Origin: Basidiobolus meristosporus CBS 931.73
Lineage: Eukaryota > Fungi > Basidiobolomycota
NCBI GenBank assembly: GCA_002104905.1
Contig: MCFE01000060.1
Coordinates: forward strand, 62,001 to 126,000
DNA: 64,000 nt
Direction: 5' to 3'
This document shows, piece by piece, positions 1 to 10,964 of this stretch (its first letter is position 1; each line of letters opens with the position of its first letter). A program made the translations under genes and the position numbers. Under the pieces are notes generated by a model. It was not told where the DNA came from, ran no database searches, and worked only from the letters and a program-made list of their open reading frames with translations.

Positions 1-24
1 CTGACTATCATCTTGGCTACTTGT

Positions 25-1146
25 TTATTTGTAGTCAGTATTTTGCCTCCTAGTTGATGAGTGTGATGCTGCAGCTTGGCTGCGCTGAATTGCTCCAACT
101 GAACCAACTGAACCGGCCTGTAGTGCCACATGCTGATGCGCTCTTTTACTTGCCAAGGGCTCCAGTGGTTGAGGCACTTCATGTTGGTAATCATCAGTCA
201 GTTCACCAGAAGTAACTTGCTGATGGTCATGCAAAACAGCACATGCAGGTGCACCTTGACGCGTTGAGATGGCCCTTGGCTGAGTTCAATGTGATGCCGC
301 ATGCTGATGCGGCTTGGTCCGCTCCAATGGACTTGTGTCTAAATGAGCAGTTTGGCAAGTTCTTGTAGTTTTGCTCTGAAGCACGCGCGTTGACTTGATG
401 CAGGGCATTCTGGTAAAGGGTGTTGGTGTGGTCTGGACTGACGTGCGCTGGCGTGCTGTGGTTGCAAGAGATGGTAGGGAATCCAGCAAGGTGTGCTGGC
501 GCAATCTGGACAATGTTGCTTGCGGTCTGTATTCTTCCTCCTGAAGCTCACCATCTGATTCCTCAAGTTAATCACTTACCCTCTGTCTGATACTTTGGAG
601 CTGTTGCCTGGATGAGTCCTGTGTATATTGCTCTTGGAAGCCACTTAGCTCTACTAATATATCACGTAGTACATTAGTCATTTGAGGCAAAAACTCATTC
701 AAAATCTCTTTGGTTCCCAAAGTTGAGGCACAAACAGACATGTCTGGCCCGTACTGTGCAAATTGCGGGCAAAATCATTCCCACGCAGCTTCTTTGTCAA
801 ATCCCCTCACTCTCAGCTCATTCTTGATTTCAATACTTGTCTTGTTATATATCTTTTTACATACATTGGCTGGCATCTTGATGTAGAACTCATGCCACAG
901 CTTTCTACTCAAATTCTTCCATCTTTGTTGACTCTCTGAGGTATCTAGCTCTGCTACATTATTCAGTAGTGCCCAAATATCTGTACAAAGGCTCATCAAA
1001 GACACGTGGGCCATACTAAAATCATTTGGCAAGAACTTGAACGGATCTGACATTGACTTTTCTGGTCCAGACCGCGCTTGTGAGCTGGGGGATGGGTTTT
1101 GTCTGGGCTGTACTAAAGATGAGTTGAGGCTTGGTATGGGGACCAT
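25..1146 (-). pseudogene. Accessory ORF of the PHIS transposon (~374 codons, 3 in-frame stops)
   Basis: ORFs 775-1146, 286-513 and 25-234 share one frame, broken by TGA (775-777), TAA (568-570) and TGA (286-288), each one C->T step from CGA/CAA. SQQRWKNLSRKLW resembles the Myb/SANT-trihelix KWKNL helix. The C-terminal half is low-complexity. Confidence 0.6.
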
Positions 1147-1504
1147 AGCAACAGATTTGGATACTTATACAGCAGTATATTGGCATCAACCTGTCTTATA
1201 TGAAATATATATGAAAACTAATGTGATTGTTGAATTTTCCATATATTATGCATGATGCATCTCAAATTGCGTTGACACAGATCAGATCATATCAATTGCA
1301 GATTTCCTATTTGATTATAGACCTATGAGTAAAGCATCAATAAAAGTACCAAGGCATTTTTTGCGGATAATTTTTGCAACATAATGATGGGATTTATGGC
1401 AATTGATGGAGATTTAACCGTAATGTATTAAAAATCAGATAAATAATGCAGATTGCGCTGATTCAATTCAGACTGCCTCCATACAATCATCCACCAATTT
1501 TAAT

Positions 1505-2388
1505 ATGACTTACTCATCTGAATGGTCATTTCTCATCAATCCCATCACTACTACTGGATTTCCTTTTGACACACTAGAGGAGATCTATTCCAAGAACTGT
1601 GGATCATCAACCCCAATCTACTCAAGGAGATCCCTTGTTAAGCTTCTCTGCTATTACAAGAACTATTGCCCTACAAGGTTTCATCCCACCATTCATGGCA
1701 ACAAAAGTCCTAGAAGCTTTCATTCCCAGCTGACAGCAATTGAGAACCACCTTGCAGAGGGTATGAATGACTTAGAGCAAGCTTGAAATACTAGGTTCAA
1801 AAGCTCCAATAGACTTCCATATCCCAGAGTGTTCAGCAACAGGTTCCATATCAGGAGTATTTTGGATATCTTCCCAGTCAGGATTAACAGAACTTCTAGA
1901 GGGCAGAGGCACTTTTATTCTGGCAAGTACAAGGCACACTGTGTGAAGTTTCAAGCACTGTCTGACATTGAGGGTAACATCATCTGGTTTAGTGGGCCAT
2001 TTGCTGGAAGCAGGCATGACAAAGCACTCTGGGTAGAGAATCATCCTGAGTTCAGTAGAGGGGAGAAATGTATGGCAGACTTAGCCTATATAGGAGAGGA
2101 TTGTCAGAGATTAAGATGTATTGCAGCTTATAGGAAGCCAAGAAATGGTGTGCTTAGCAGGAAGCAGAAGCTCTAAATGTGATATTTAATCATTTCAGAG
2201 TAAGGGTAGAGCACACATTTGGATATCTGAAGAGATTCAGCATATTGGCAGGTAAATACAGAGGAAAGTCATATATAGGAGAAAACAGCAGAATAGGTAG
2301 AATAGTTGAGATACTTATTAATGCACAGTATGTTCATACAAGAAGACATCCACTGAGAGAAATGTGTCTGGAGCATTATGAAGAGTGA
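1505..2388 (+). pseudogene. DDE_Tnp_4 (PIF/Harbinger/ISL2EU/IS5-like) transposase, disrupted
   Basis: Motifs ILDIFP, YSGKYKAHCVKFQALSDIEGNI, GPFAGSRHD, ADLAYIG, RVRVEHTFGYLKRFSILAGKYRG. TGA at 1784-1786 (probably TGG) and a 1-nt frameshift near 2175. Confidence 0.85.
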
Positions 2389-2479
2389 ATAAAGCAAGGA
2401 AAGCCCTATTTTGAGCAACATAAGTAAGATTGAGTAAAATTTCCAGTAACTGTATCATACCACTGGCATCATGGTAGAA

Positions 2480-2571
2480 ACTATAGTGCCAGATAGTGCC
2501 ATAGAGTACCAGATTGATCCGGCACCATAAACAGGCTGGCACTATGTGGCACTATCCAACGGAACAAGTCT
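2480..2571. repeat. PHIS terminal inverted repeat (26 bp) with subterminal TAGTGCC/GGCACTA repeats
   Basis: TAGTGCC/GGCACTA occurs several times just inside the terminus. The same terminus recurs at 18712, 19445, 26678 and 61534. Confidence 0.8.
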
Positions 2572-2579
2572 TTTAGCTT

Positions 2580-2837
2580 GTAAGATATTTGCTAAATATT
2601 AGATATTATTAAGGTACTTTAGATTTTTTTAGAAATATCTGAAACTTGTCCACATGAGCTGAAACTTGACAAATCTACTCCTGAGACTCCCCTAATAATG
2701 AACAAGTATTACATTTACATAGTTCTGCAACAGATATAAGTACTGTGTTGCAACTCAATAAATCAAAAAAGTGTATATTATGTAAATCTTCAAGTTCTCT
2801 ATTTGACTTCCAATATAGGTTTCTACCATTTCAGCAG
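2580..2837 (+). repeat. Partial copia-type LTR (family A)
   Basis: Reverse complement aligns with LTR 7928-8276 (TTATTAGGGGAGTCTCAGGAGTA, AAGTTTCAGCTCAT.TGGACAAGTTTCAGAT). Confidence 0.65.
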
Positions 2838-3880
2838 GTGTTTGTATGGTACTTTATCAATGTTTGCATGGCATTGTTGAGGTCTTGATGTATACACAAC
2901 AATTTAGGTGCATTATAAGCAGCTAGTAAGTCTGATTGCCTTTTATAGCAAAAAGTTTGATGGAGTTTCACTGGCTTCATTCTAAGCATCTGATGGCATC
3001 ATCACAACAGTATTACAGCCACAGCTAGTTTTGTTTAATGATATTGTAATTTGAGCATTCTACATATAGTTTGAGCCAAAATGACTATGGCCTCCTGCTT
3101 ACTAACCTCTACAAACATGCACACCTACTGCAATTGAGATACTGTTGTAATATATGAAGTGATCTGGAAATAAAGAACTTATGGAGAAATAGAGATATTG
3201 GTTCAACTGTTGTTTCATTATAAAAAAGCTCAGTATATATATCATTGTAGAAGTAATGGAACTACAACATTTAAATGAGGAGAATTTTTTGACATTCAGA
3301 AGCATACTGTGACAATTTCAAGGTTGATGCATAAAATTTGGCAAAATGCTTATTCAATCCTGACTATAGGGGAAAGATCATAAGCTTACAGATATGAAAG
3401 AGAGTGGCAAGGTTAGGGCTACAAATGAGCCCTACAGTGACTAAAACTAGTTCAGAGTTTTAAGTAAATCTTTAGTCGCTGAATGGTGCCAAATAGTCCA
3501 ATATTTTGGCACATACTTCTATCACCTCAACTTTACAGAATTTTAGTGCAATAGATACAAGGTTGCCATATACCTTGTATCCTTGGTTACATATACATCT
3601 TGCAAACATGAGCCTGGTTGCCACCACTTCTGCCATGAATACCTCCTCATTTTCTGCCAAGAACTTTTTGATACTTAGCAAGCATACTTTTTCTCCCAGC
3701 TGGGTTCCAGTCCCCTGTATGAGTGTACTCTGGTTCTTGTTTAGGTGAGTTTTGAATTGAATGGAATAGAAATGGGCTTTTGAGCAAGAGAAACCAGGCA
3801 TACTTTGCAAGAGCTTTCCTAACATAAACAGTTGCTTGTTGCTCCCAACCCAACTTTGCATTGCTTAACTGAGCTGAATA
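2838..3880 (-). pseudogene. CACTA/En-Spm transposase 3' fragment, interrupted by solo LTR 3143-3511
   Basis: 3520-3870 aligns with CACTA 3' segments at 17945-18280 and 31730-31935 (TTGGGTTGGG.GCAACAAGCAACT). Confidence 0.6.
3143..3511 (-). repeat. Solo LTR, copia family B (369 bp)
   Basis: TG...CA ends, aligns with LTR 4602-4971, near-TSD GATAC/CATAC. Confidence 0.7.
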
Positions 3881-4601
3881 AAGCATTATTCTTAATTTCC
3901 TCTGCTTGATCATGACATCTGAACTCTTCAGGAAGAGGTCTTCCTTTAACATTGTTTAAAGTCAAGTTGTCTTCTCTGCTTTTGAAAGAAAGTACTAGTG
4001 ACTTATACTTGTCTGGTAAGCTGCAAAGCAGACAAAGTGTCTTTTCATCATCATCTACACCAGGATTAGTTCTGTAAAGCTCTTTTGCAAGTGTTTCCAT
4101 TCTGGCAGTGAGTTATGTGATCCTCTGGCTTCCTCCTCATATTGAAGAACATTTGTTTTTAACCAAGCTTGCTTGATACTGGCTTTACTCTGATGAGCTT
4201 CTGTAAGAGTTCCCATGCTGCTTTGGCTGTATTTGAACCATGGATTTGTCCAATGAATGAATTCTGAATATTGATGAAAATGGCATTAGAGACCTTTCTC
4301 CACTTATCCTGAAACTTCTGCACTTCTCCAGCTGTTGTATTGGGCTCAACTTCTTTTCCTGTTACTGTATTTGAAAGCTTTCTTTCCTCAAGGTAGGTTT
4401 GCTTCTTGATTCTCCAAAGTGTGTAGTTTTGACATCAAACCTCTCCTTTACGGGGTAGATATTTATATTTTTCTGTATGCTGAAAGAAGTTATCTTTAGA
4501 ATTGATTAATGCAATTGGGGCTCATAACCTGTTGCAATTTGAGAAGTGATGAGTATAAAGAGCTTAGCAAGAAATTGTGTGAACAATTGAACTGTTGTTT
4601 A
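3880..4601 (-). mobile_element. gag: Older copia family B copy: gag remnant, PBS (4517-4529) and U5 end of the 5' LTR (4530-4601)
   Basis: Translation parallels gag at 5008-5640 (DDDEKTLCLLCSLPDKY, SREDNLT). PBS GGTTATGAGCCCC abuts TTGCAACA. The LTR is cut by the opposite-orientation insertion at 4602. Confidence 0.75.
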
Positions 4602-7600
4602 TGTTGAAATATTCGAACTATTTGGTATCATTCAGCAGCTAAAAATTTACTTAACAATTCTAGACTAGTCTTAGTCTCTGTAGGACTCATTTACTGCCTT
4701 AACTTTGCCACTTTCTCCAGATATATGATCTTATGATTATTCCCCTATAGTCAGGATCAAATTAGCACTATTATCAAACATTATGTACTAACCCTGAAAC
4801 TGTTACCAAATGCTCCTGAATATTGAGAAACCCTCCCTACTTAGTGTTACAGCTGTATTACTTCTACAAACATATAAATACTGAGCTTCTTTATGAATAA
4901 GCAACAGTTCAACTATTGTCACTATTTCTTGATAAGTTCCTTATACCCAAATTACTTCTTAAATTGCAACAGGTTATGATCCCCAATTGCCTTAATCTAT
5001 TCTAAAGATGACTTCTACCAGCAAACAAAGCAATACCAACATCTTCCCTGTAAAGGAGAGGCTTGATAGAAAGACCTACAGACTTTGGATAATCAAGATG
5101 CAGATCCACCTTGAGGAAAGAAAGCTTTGGAACATAGTAACAGGAAAGGAAGTTGAGCCCAAAGGAACAGCAGAAGATGTGGAGAAGTTACAAGAGAAGG
5201 AGAGAAAGGCCTTCAATGCCATATGCATCAATGTGCAAGACTCCTTCAATGGACAAATCCATGCCTCAAATACTGCCAGAGCAGCATGGGAATCCTTAGA
5301 GAAGATCTTTAGAGCAAAGTCAGTATCAAGCAAGCTTTATTTGAAACAAAAGTTCTTCAACATGAGGAAGAAGCCAGATGATGACATGCTACAACTCATT
5401 ACCAGAATGGAGACACTTGCAGAAGAACTTTAGAGTATAATGCTGGTGTAGATGATGAAGAAAAGATACTCTGTCTGCTTTGCAGCCTACCAGACAAGTA
5501 TGAGCCACTCATACTTTCTTTTGAAAGCAGAGAAGACAACTTGACTGTAGACTATGTCAAAGGAAGACTTCTCCTTGAAGAACTCAGACATAATGATCAA
5601 GCAGAGAAAATTGAAGATAATGCTTTATTCAGTTCAGAAAGGCATACAGAAAAGAAGGGAAAGCAACAAAATCAAAGAAAACCTGGCTGCTGTAACTACT
5701 GTAAAAAGCCAGGACACTGGGCAAGAGAATGCAAGAAGAAGCAAGCAGACACAAAACAGAAACAAAAGCAGGCAAACCATATAACTACTGATGAACAATT
5801 ATTTGTAACTGTACAAGTGAGTGCAAGTAACCAAAGTAATGAATGATATATTGACTCTGGAGCATCACAGCATATTTATGGTATAATAGATTGGTTCAGC
5901 AACTTAAAAACTATTCCTGTAAAAAAGGTTTATCTGGGAGATAACTCTGCATTGGAAGCTACCACCAGTGGGTCTATACAACTAAATATGAGTGATAACT
6001 CAGGGGCAACAACAGCTAAACTGACTGACATACTCTATGTACCTGGAATAGCTAAGAACCTACTCTCAGTCAGTAAAGCAACTACTCAGGAACTGAAATT
6101 TGTTTTTTCTAAGCTGAGCTGCTCAATATTGAGAGAAAATGGACAAAAATTAGCTTTGGGAATCAGAGATCACAATATATACAAGTTACAATGCAAGATC
6201 ATTGTACCTGAGTATGTCAACATTGCTGAAACTGATGAAATCAACTGGGAGACGTGGCATAGGAGGCTAGGACACATAGGGGAGCAGAAAATGAGCCAAT
6301 TGGTGAGAAATCAGCTTGTTTTGGGCCTAAAATACTCATATCCAATCAAATTAAATGTTTGTAAGGGATGTTCATATGGCAAACAAGCTAGGCAACGTTT
6401 CAAGAGCTCAGAAGGCATCAATACCACCAAAATATTGGCAATTGTACACTCAGACATATGTGGCCCCATGAGAACACTGTCCTTTGGAGCCAAGAGATAC
6501 TTTATGATGCTTATTGATGACAAGACAAGATATACATGGGTGTACTTCCTCAAAACAAAGGATGAAGCTTTAGAGTCATTTAAGCACTTCAAGAACATGG
6601 CAGAAACACAAATTGGGTGTAAATTGAAGGTACTACAAAGTGACAATAGAGGAGAATACTGCTCAAAGGAGTTTGCAAAATACTGCCTGTCTACTGGTAT
6701 ACTTCAACAGACCACAGTTCCTCATACTCCACAGCAAAATGGAGTAGCAGAACGTGCAAATAGAACAATAGTAGAGATGGGAAGATCTATGTTATATGAT
6801 AAGGGAATGGACTACAAGTTTTGGGCTGAATCTGGTGCTACTGCTGTATACATCAAGAATAGATGCCCAACAACAGCACTACAAGATTCTACACCCTTTG
6901 AAGCATATACAGGCAAAAACCAGATCTCCAGTACCTCAGGATCTTTGGCAGTGATGTTTTTTATCACATCCCTGACAAAAAACACTCAAAGTTGGAACCA
7001 AAGAGTAGGAAAGGGATCTTTCTGGGTATTGTGAAGATACTAAAGGGTATAGAGTGTATGATGGCAATATTCAGAAGCTGATCAAGAGCAGGGACATTGT
7101 ATTTGAGGAGAATTCAGATCAGAAAGCCACAGAAATCATTGGCCAGCTACCTGATGATGTAATCAGCACTAATGAAGATGATACGTACCAAATCCAGCCA
7201 GAGATGGAAGATACTTCTACCAGTTCCAGATCTGAACAGATTATCCCAGTTAGGAGATCTACCAGAATAAGAAATGCCCCTGGATCCTGGTGGCAGACAT
7301 CCAATGATCATGAAGAAGCTTATCTTGCCTTATGTGCCAAACCTCAGAATCTGGAACAGGCAATGCAAGGTCCAGATGCTACTAAGTGGCAACAAGCCAT
7401 GCAGGAGGAGTACCAATCACTGATCAAGGCAAAAATGTGGGAACTGGTAGATTTGCCAAATGGGAGAAAGCCAATAGGATGTAGATGGGTCTACAAGATC
7501 AAGATAACCTCAAATGGTGCCATTGATAAGTACAAGGCTAGATTGGTAGCTAAAGGCTATTCCCAGATCCAGGGACTAGACTTTAAGGAAACATTTGCTC

Positions 7601-7927
7601 CGGTTGCCAAGTTTAACTCTATTAGGACAGTTCTAGCCCTGGCAGCTGTACACAGTCTAGATCTACACCAAATGGACGTCAAAACAGCCTTTCTAAATGG
7701 GGATTTGCAAGAAACTATATATATGGAGCAACCAGAAGGTTTTACCAATGCAAAAGGCCCCCATAAGGTGTGCAAACTTAGAAAATCATTGTATGAGCTT
7801 AAGCAGGCACCCAGAGCATGGTATAACAAAATTGACACATATCTAGAGGAAATTAGGTTCTCTTGTAGCACTGCAGATCACAGTATATATGTGAAGCAGC
7901 TCAAAAAGGGTGTGATCATCCTAGTTC
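4602..7927 (+). mobile_element. Ty1/copia retrotransposon family B: 5' LTR to mid-RT, 3' part missing
   Basis: 370-bp TG...CA LTR (4602-4971), PBS GGTTATGATCCC (4972-4983), domain order gag-PR-INT-RT. Confidence 0.9.
5008..7927 (+). pseudogene. pol: copia gag-pol: UBN2-type gag, CCHC knuckle, protease, integrase, RT; frameshifted
   Basis: CNYCKKPGHWAREC, YIDSGASQH, WHRRLGH, VHSDICGP, IDDKTRYTWVYF, SDNRGEY, QQNGVAERANRT, YKARLVAKGYSQ, HQMDVKTAFLNG. Cut just before YVDD by the LTR at 7928. Confidence 0.9.
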
Positions 7928-10300
7928 TGTTGAAATATTAGAGAGATATATTGGAAGTGAATTGGAGAATTAGAAGATTTACCTGATATTCACTTGATGT
8001 TTTATTGAGTTGCAACAGAGTATTTATACTTATTGCAGAACTATGTAAATGTGACTATTTGGTCATTATTAGGGGAGTCTCAGGAGTAAATGTGCCAAGT
8101 TTCAGCTCATTTGGACAAGTTTCAGATTTTCCTAAAATTCTGTACTTCTCTAATTCCTAATAATTAGTAAATATCTTACAAACTAATTTCCATGATAATA
8201 ATCTGAAATATATCATTTCACTAAGTGCTAGTTCATAATATATTAATAATTAGGTGGACTCCTAATTACTTCAACACTCCCACTCACATAATATATTCAT
8301 ATACTTATGAACTTGCTGTGGTGTTGTGTATCTTGTGGTTGAAATTAAACCTGCAATTAACCATCTAACCTATTGGACTAATGTATTCTCCAATATATGT
8401 TGAGGATTGCATATTATCTGTAATAACTAAGTATAAGTCCATACTGTTAATTATATACTTCAGATCAAATTGCTGTGAGTTTGAACTCTGGTCACATCCC
8501 AAATATCTATGAATGAGTATCATCAATACAATCAGAGTAAAGCTTTTCAGATACTGATTGAATCCCAGCATAGTTTGTATCATCAGTGAGCTGCATTCTC
8601 AGGCTATCTGCTGTTTCTTATTTGAGTAAAATTGGTCAATAATTGGCAAAGTTAGGATGTGGTCTTCACTCCAGTAGATCTGGGTCATCCACAGTTCTGG
8701 TCTATAGTCTAATTCACTTAGACTATCCTCCATATATCCATAACTGGATCTGGATAGTAACTTTCCTATATACTCCATATATGATCTGCTCAGACCAACA
8801 ATTGGTCAGCATTGTAGTGGCCTTATTCTTCACTGGTTGACCAAGTATTTCCTCTTCCGGACTAGTGCCTTCAATGGTATCTAGCCTAGCTTTTCTTCAT
8901 TCCTGATCTGGGATATTGTACTCCTACTGAAGCTACGTCTTCTGGTGCTTCCTGCCTTCTAAAACTGACTGAGATAGTTCATATATATCCTTCTGATCTA
9001 GGCATAACTTTCTTGGACTGATATCACTGTTACGGTGTGGTGGTGTATAGGTCCAAGGGAGAGATACGTCCAACACTTCTCAAGTGTTTTGTGTGTGGGG
9101 TGTTCACTGGGTGCAATAACCTCTGGCAAAAGCTTGCTAGGAATACTTGGGTTCTGTTTCTAATCTAATGTGAAGGGGAATAAAGCCACAAGCTTGTCAA
9201 GGGAAAACTATTGAGCTACAATCCCCTACTTAGTTGGCATCTTAACAAAAGTCTGTTCTGGGTTCAGCGTCCTTTGAGATGACAATGTACTAAAGCTTCC
9301 AAAGTCAAAACAACTGTAAACTCCACCAGCAGGGACTTGATAAGAATGCAGCTGTGGTCAATAGTTACAAAGACAGAAAAGTATCTTTGCCTGTACAAGA
9401 ACAAGCTTGGGAAAGAATCAAATATAATAAAAGATACCTACTCTGAGTATTCCTCACAAGTAGTGCCTCCAAGGTCAGTTGGCTGTCAGCGTGGTTTCCT
9501 GGGAGTGTCCTGTGGTCTGGGGTTGGAAGTTCAGGTAGCAGCAGGTAGCAGTGATCACACTAATCAACAAGTTGGTATATTGATAAAATGGATGATGATT
9601 TATTGTTGAGGGATAGCCTCCCTTATATACTTTTCTTACTGGCTAAGTGATTACTAATCATGGTGTTCCAGAAGGTTCCGGATATCAATAGAAATCTTAA
9701 TGACATCAGAATGACCTAAGAATGTTCTAAGTAGGCGCCGGAAGGTTCTAAGAGGCACAGCACATCCAACCAATGAGGAATTAGTATTCTGAAACCTGTG
9801 TAACATGGGGATACCATATATGGTATGAAAATGGTAGGGATGGTGACACGGTTTGATCATGTGTCATGGGTACTGGCGCGGGTACTTGCCTAATATAGAA
9901 GCACTTATAGCTAGTAATCTTACATAAAGTGAGGGGTAACTTATGCAATAAGGTAAGCAGGTGTGATAGTCAACCAGCTTATGGGATAGTACTGATTGGG
10001 TAAGACAAATGGGATAAAACTAAAATGAGTGTAGTAGGGATATAGGGAAGTAGAAAATAAGGGAATGAGCACATCTGTCAGTGGGTGTCACTGTCACCCC
10101 ACTACAACAGTATTCAGATCTTCCCTTTGCATCTTGATAGGCTTGATTTGGTATCACAGCATCCCACAGCTTGATTGGCAGCTATTCATAGAGGCCTAAT
10201 CCTAAACAGGATACATATGGTCTCATATGTGCTATTGCACTTCAACAGTACAACCTGATCTGGCACTTTCCAATTGTGTAAATCCACCATAAGGGCTCTG
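7928..10300 (-). mobile_element. Decayed copia family A element: 3' LTR 7928-8276, PPT, eroded RH/RT; interrupted by solo LTR D
   Basis: 349-bp TG...CA LTR with reverse-complement PPT CTCCCACTC at 8277. The internal part aligns with 28219-29000 (TTCTTATTTGAG.AAAATTG, ATAACTTTCT.TGGACTGAT). Confidence 0.7.
9036..10106 (-). repeat. Solo LTR family D (~1070 bp)
   Basis: Termini TGTAGTGG...CCACCACA on the minus strand, 4-bp TSD ACGG/ACAG, further copies at ~21049, 26736 and 58099. Confidence 0.8.
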
Positions 10301-10304
10301 ATAA

Positions 10305-10855
10305 GGTCTGTGTTACAATCCCTACCATTTCAGTACCATATATGAAATTTCTAAGTTGCACAGGTTTATGACTACTGATCCCAGATTGGTTGGATGCGTT
10401 GTGCCTTTTAGAACCTTCAGGACATTCTTGTCATATTTTTAGCTCATATTGATGTCATCATGAATTCCACTGATGCCTGCAATCTTCTGGAACCTTGCCA
10501 TTAGTAATCACTTGGCAATCAGGAAAAGTTTTTAAGGGAAGGCAATCCCTGATCAATAAATTATCCCTTCTATCAGTAACACTTCTCTTTTATTGATTAG
10601 CAGTTGATCACTGCACCTGCCTTCAACAGTACATCTCAGACCTGCCATTGAGGAGCTTTTCAAGGTAGTGCAAATGACACACAGAGGCCATTGGAGACAC
10701 TTGGAGCACCTAGGAAGCTAGAGAAGCAGGAGCTTTTACCATTCTGGCATATTGACAAAGACACCAGCAGTTTGACCCAGAGGTTATTGCACCCATCAGA
10801 CACCTCACACCTTGAGTTGTGTAGCTTCTCCAAGGAGTACCTCTACACCATCACA
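10305..10855 (+). repeat. 5'-truncated LTR family E
   Basis: Aligns with 20140-20685 and 55985-56499; ends CTACACCATCACA. Confidence 0.8.
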
Positions 10856-10964
10856 GCAGGTGAAACTAAGGCCTGCTCTGAATGCAGATGTAAAGCATTA
10901 TCTCACACTCTGTTGACAAGTGCAGGTTTACTTTGCCTCTTTGGCACTGTATAGAGTTGCTTGC

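Larger units (their letters stand above)
1..2571 (+). mobile_element. PHIS-group (PIF/Harbinger/ISL2EU-like) DNA transposon; right end in window, left end before position 1
   Basis: DDE_Tnp_4-type transposase at 1505-2388 and a divergent accessory ORF at 1146->25. The right terminus GTGGCACTATCCAACGGAACAAGTCT (2546-2571) matches the TIR of the foldback element at 18712-19445. Confidence 0.8.

Noticed and set aside
574-579. GTAAGT splice donor in the PHIS accessory ORF
   Set aside because: The frame continues through with one CAA->TAA-type stop, so no intron is needed. Not excluded without RNA data.
1505-2388. Bacterial IS5 element or contamination
   Set aside because: It is contiguous with eukaryotic LTR remnants, shows the same CpG decay and has MITE derivatives inside the nest. 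DDE_Tnp_4 includes eukaryotic PHIS transposases.
9337-9609. Recurrent ~90-aa ORF (MIRMQLWSIVTK...) also at 21463 and 58599
   Set aside because: It recurs only because it lies antisense within repeated D LTRs, and the 26736 copy does not keep it open.
9036-10106. D unit as a TRIM with its own terminal direct repeats
   Set aside because: I found no internal direct repeats, PBS or PPT. TG...CA ends with a 4-bp TSD fit a solo LTR.
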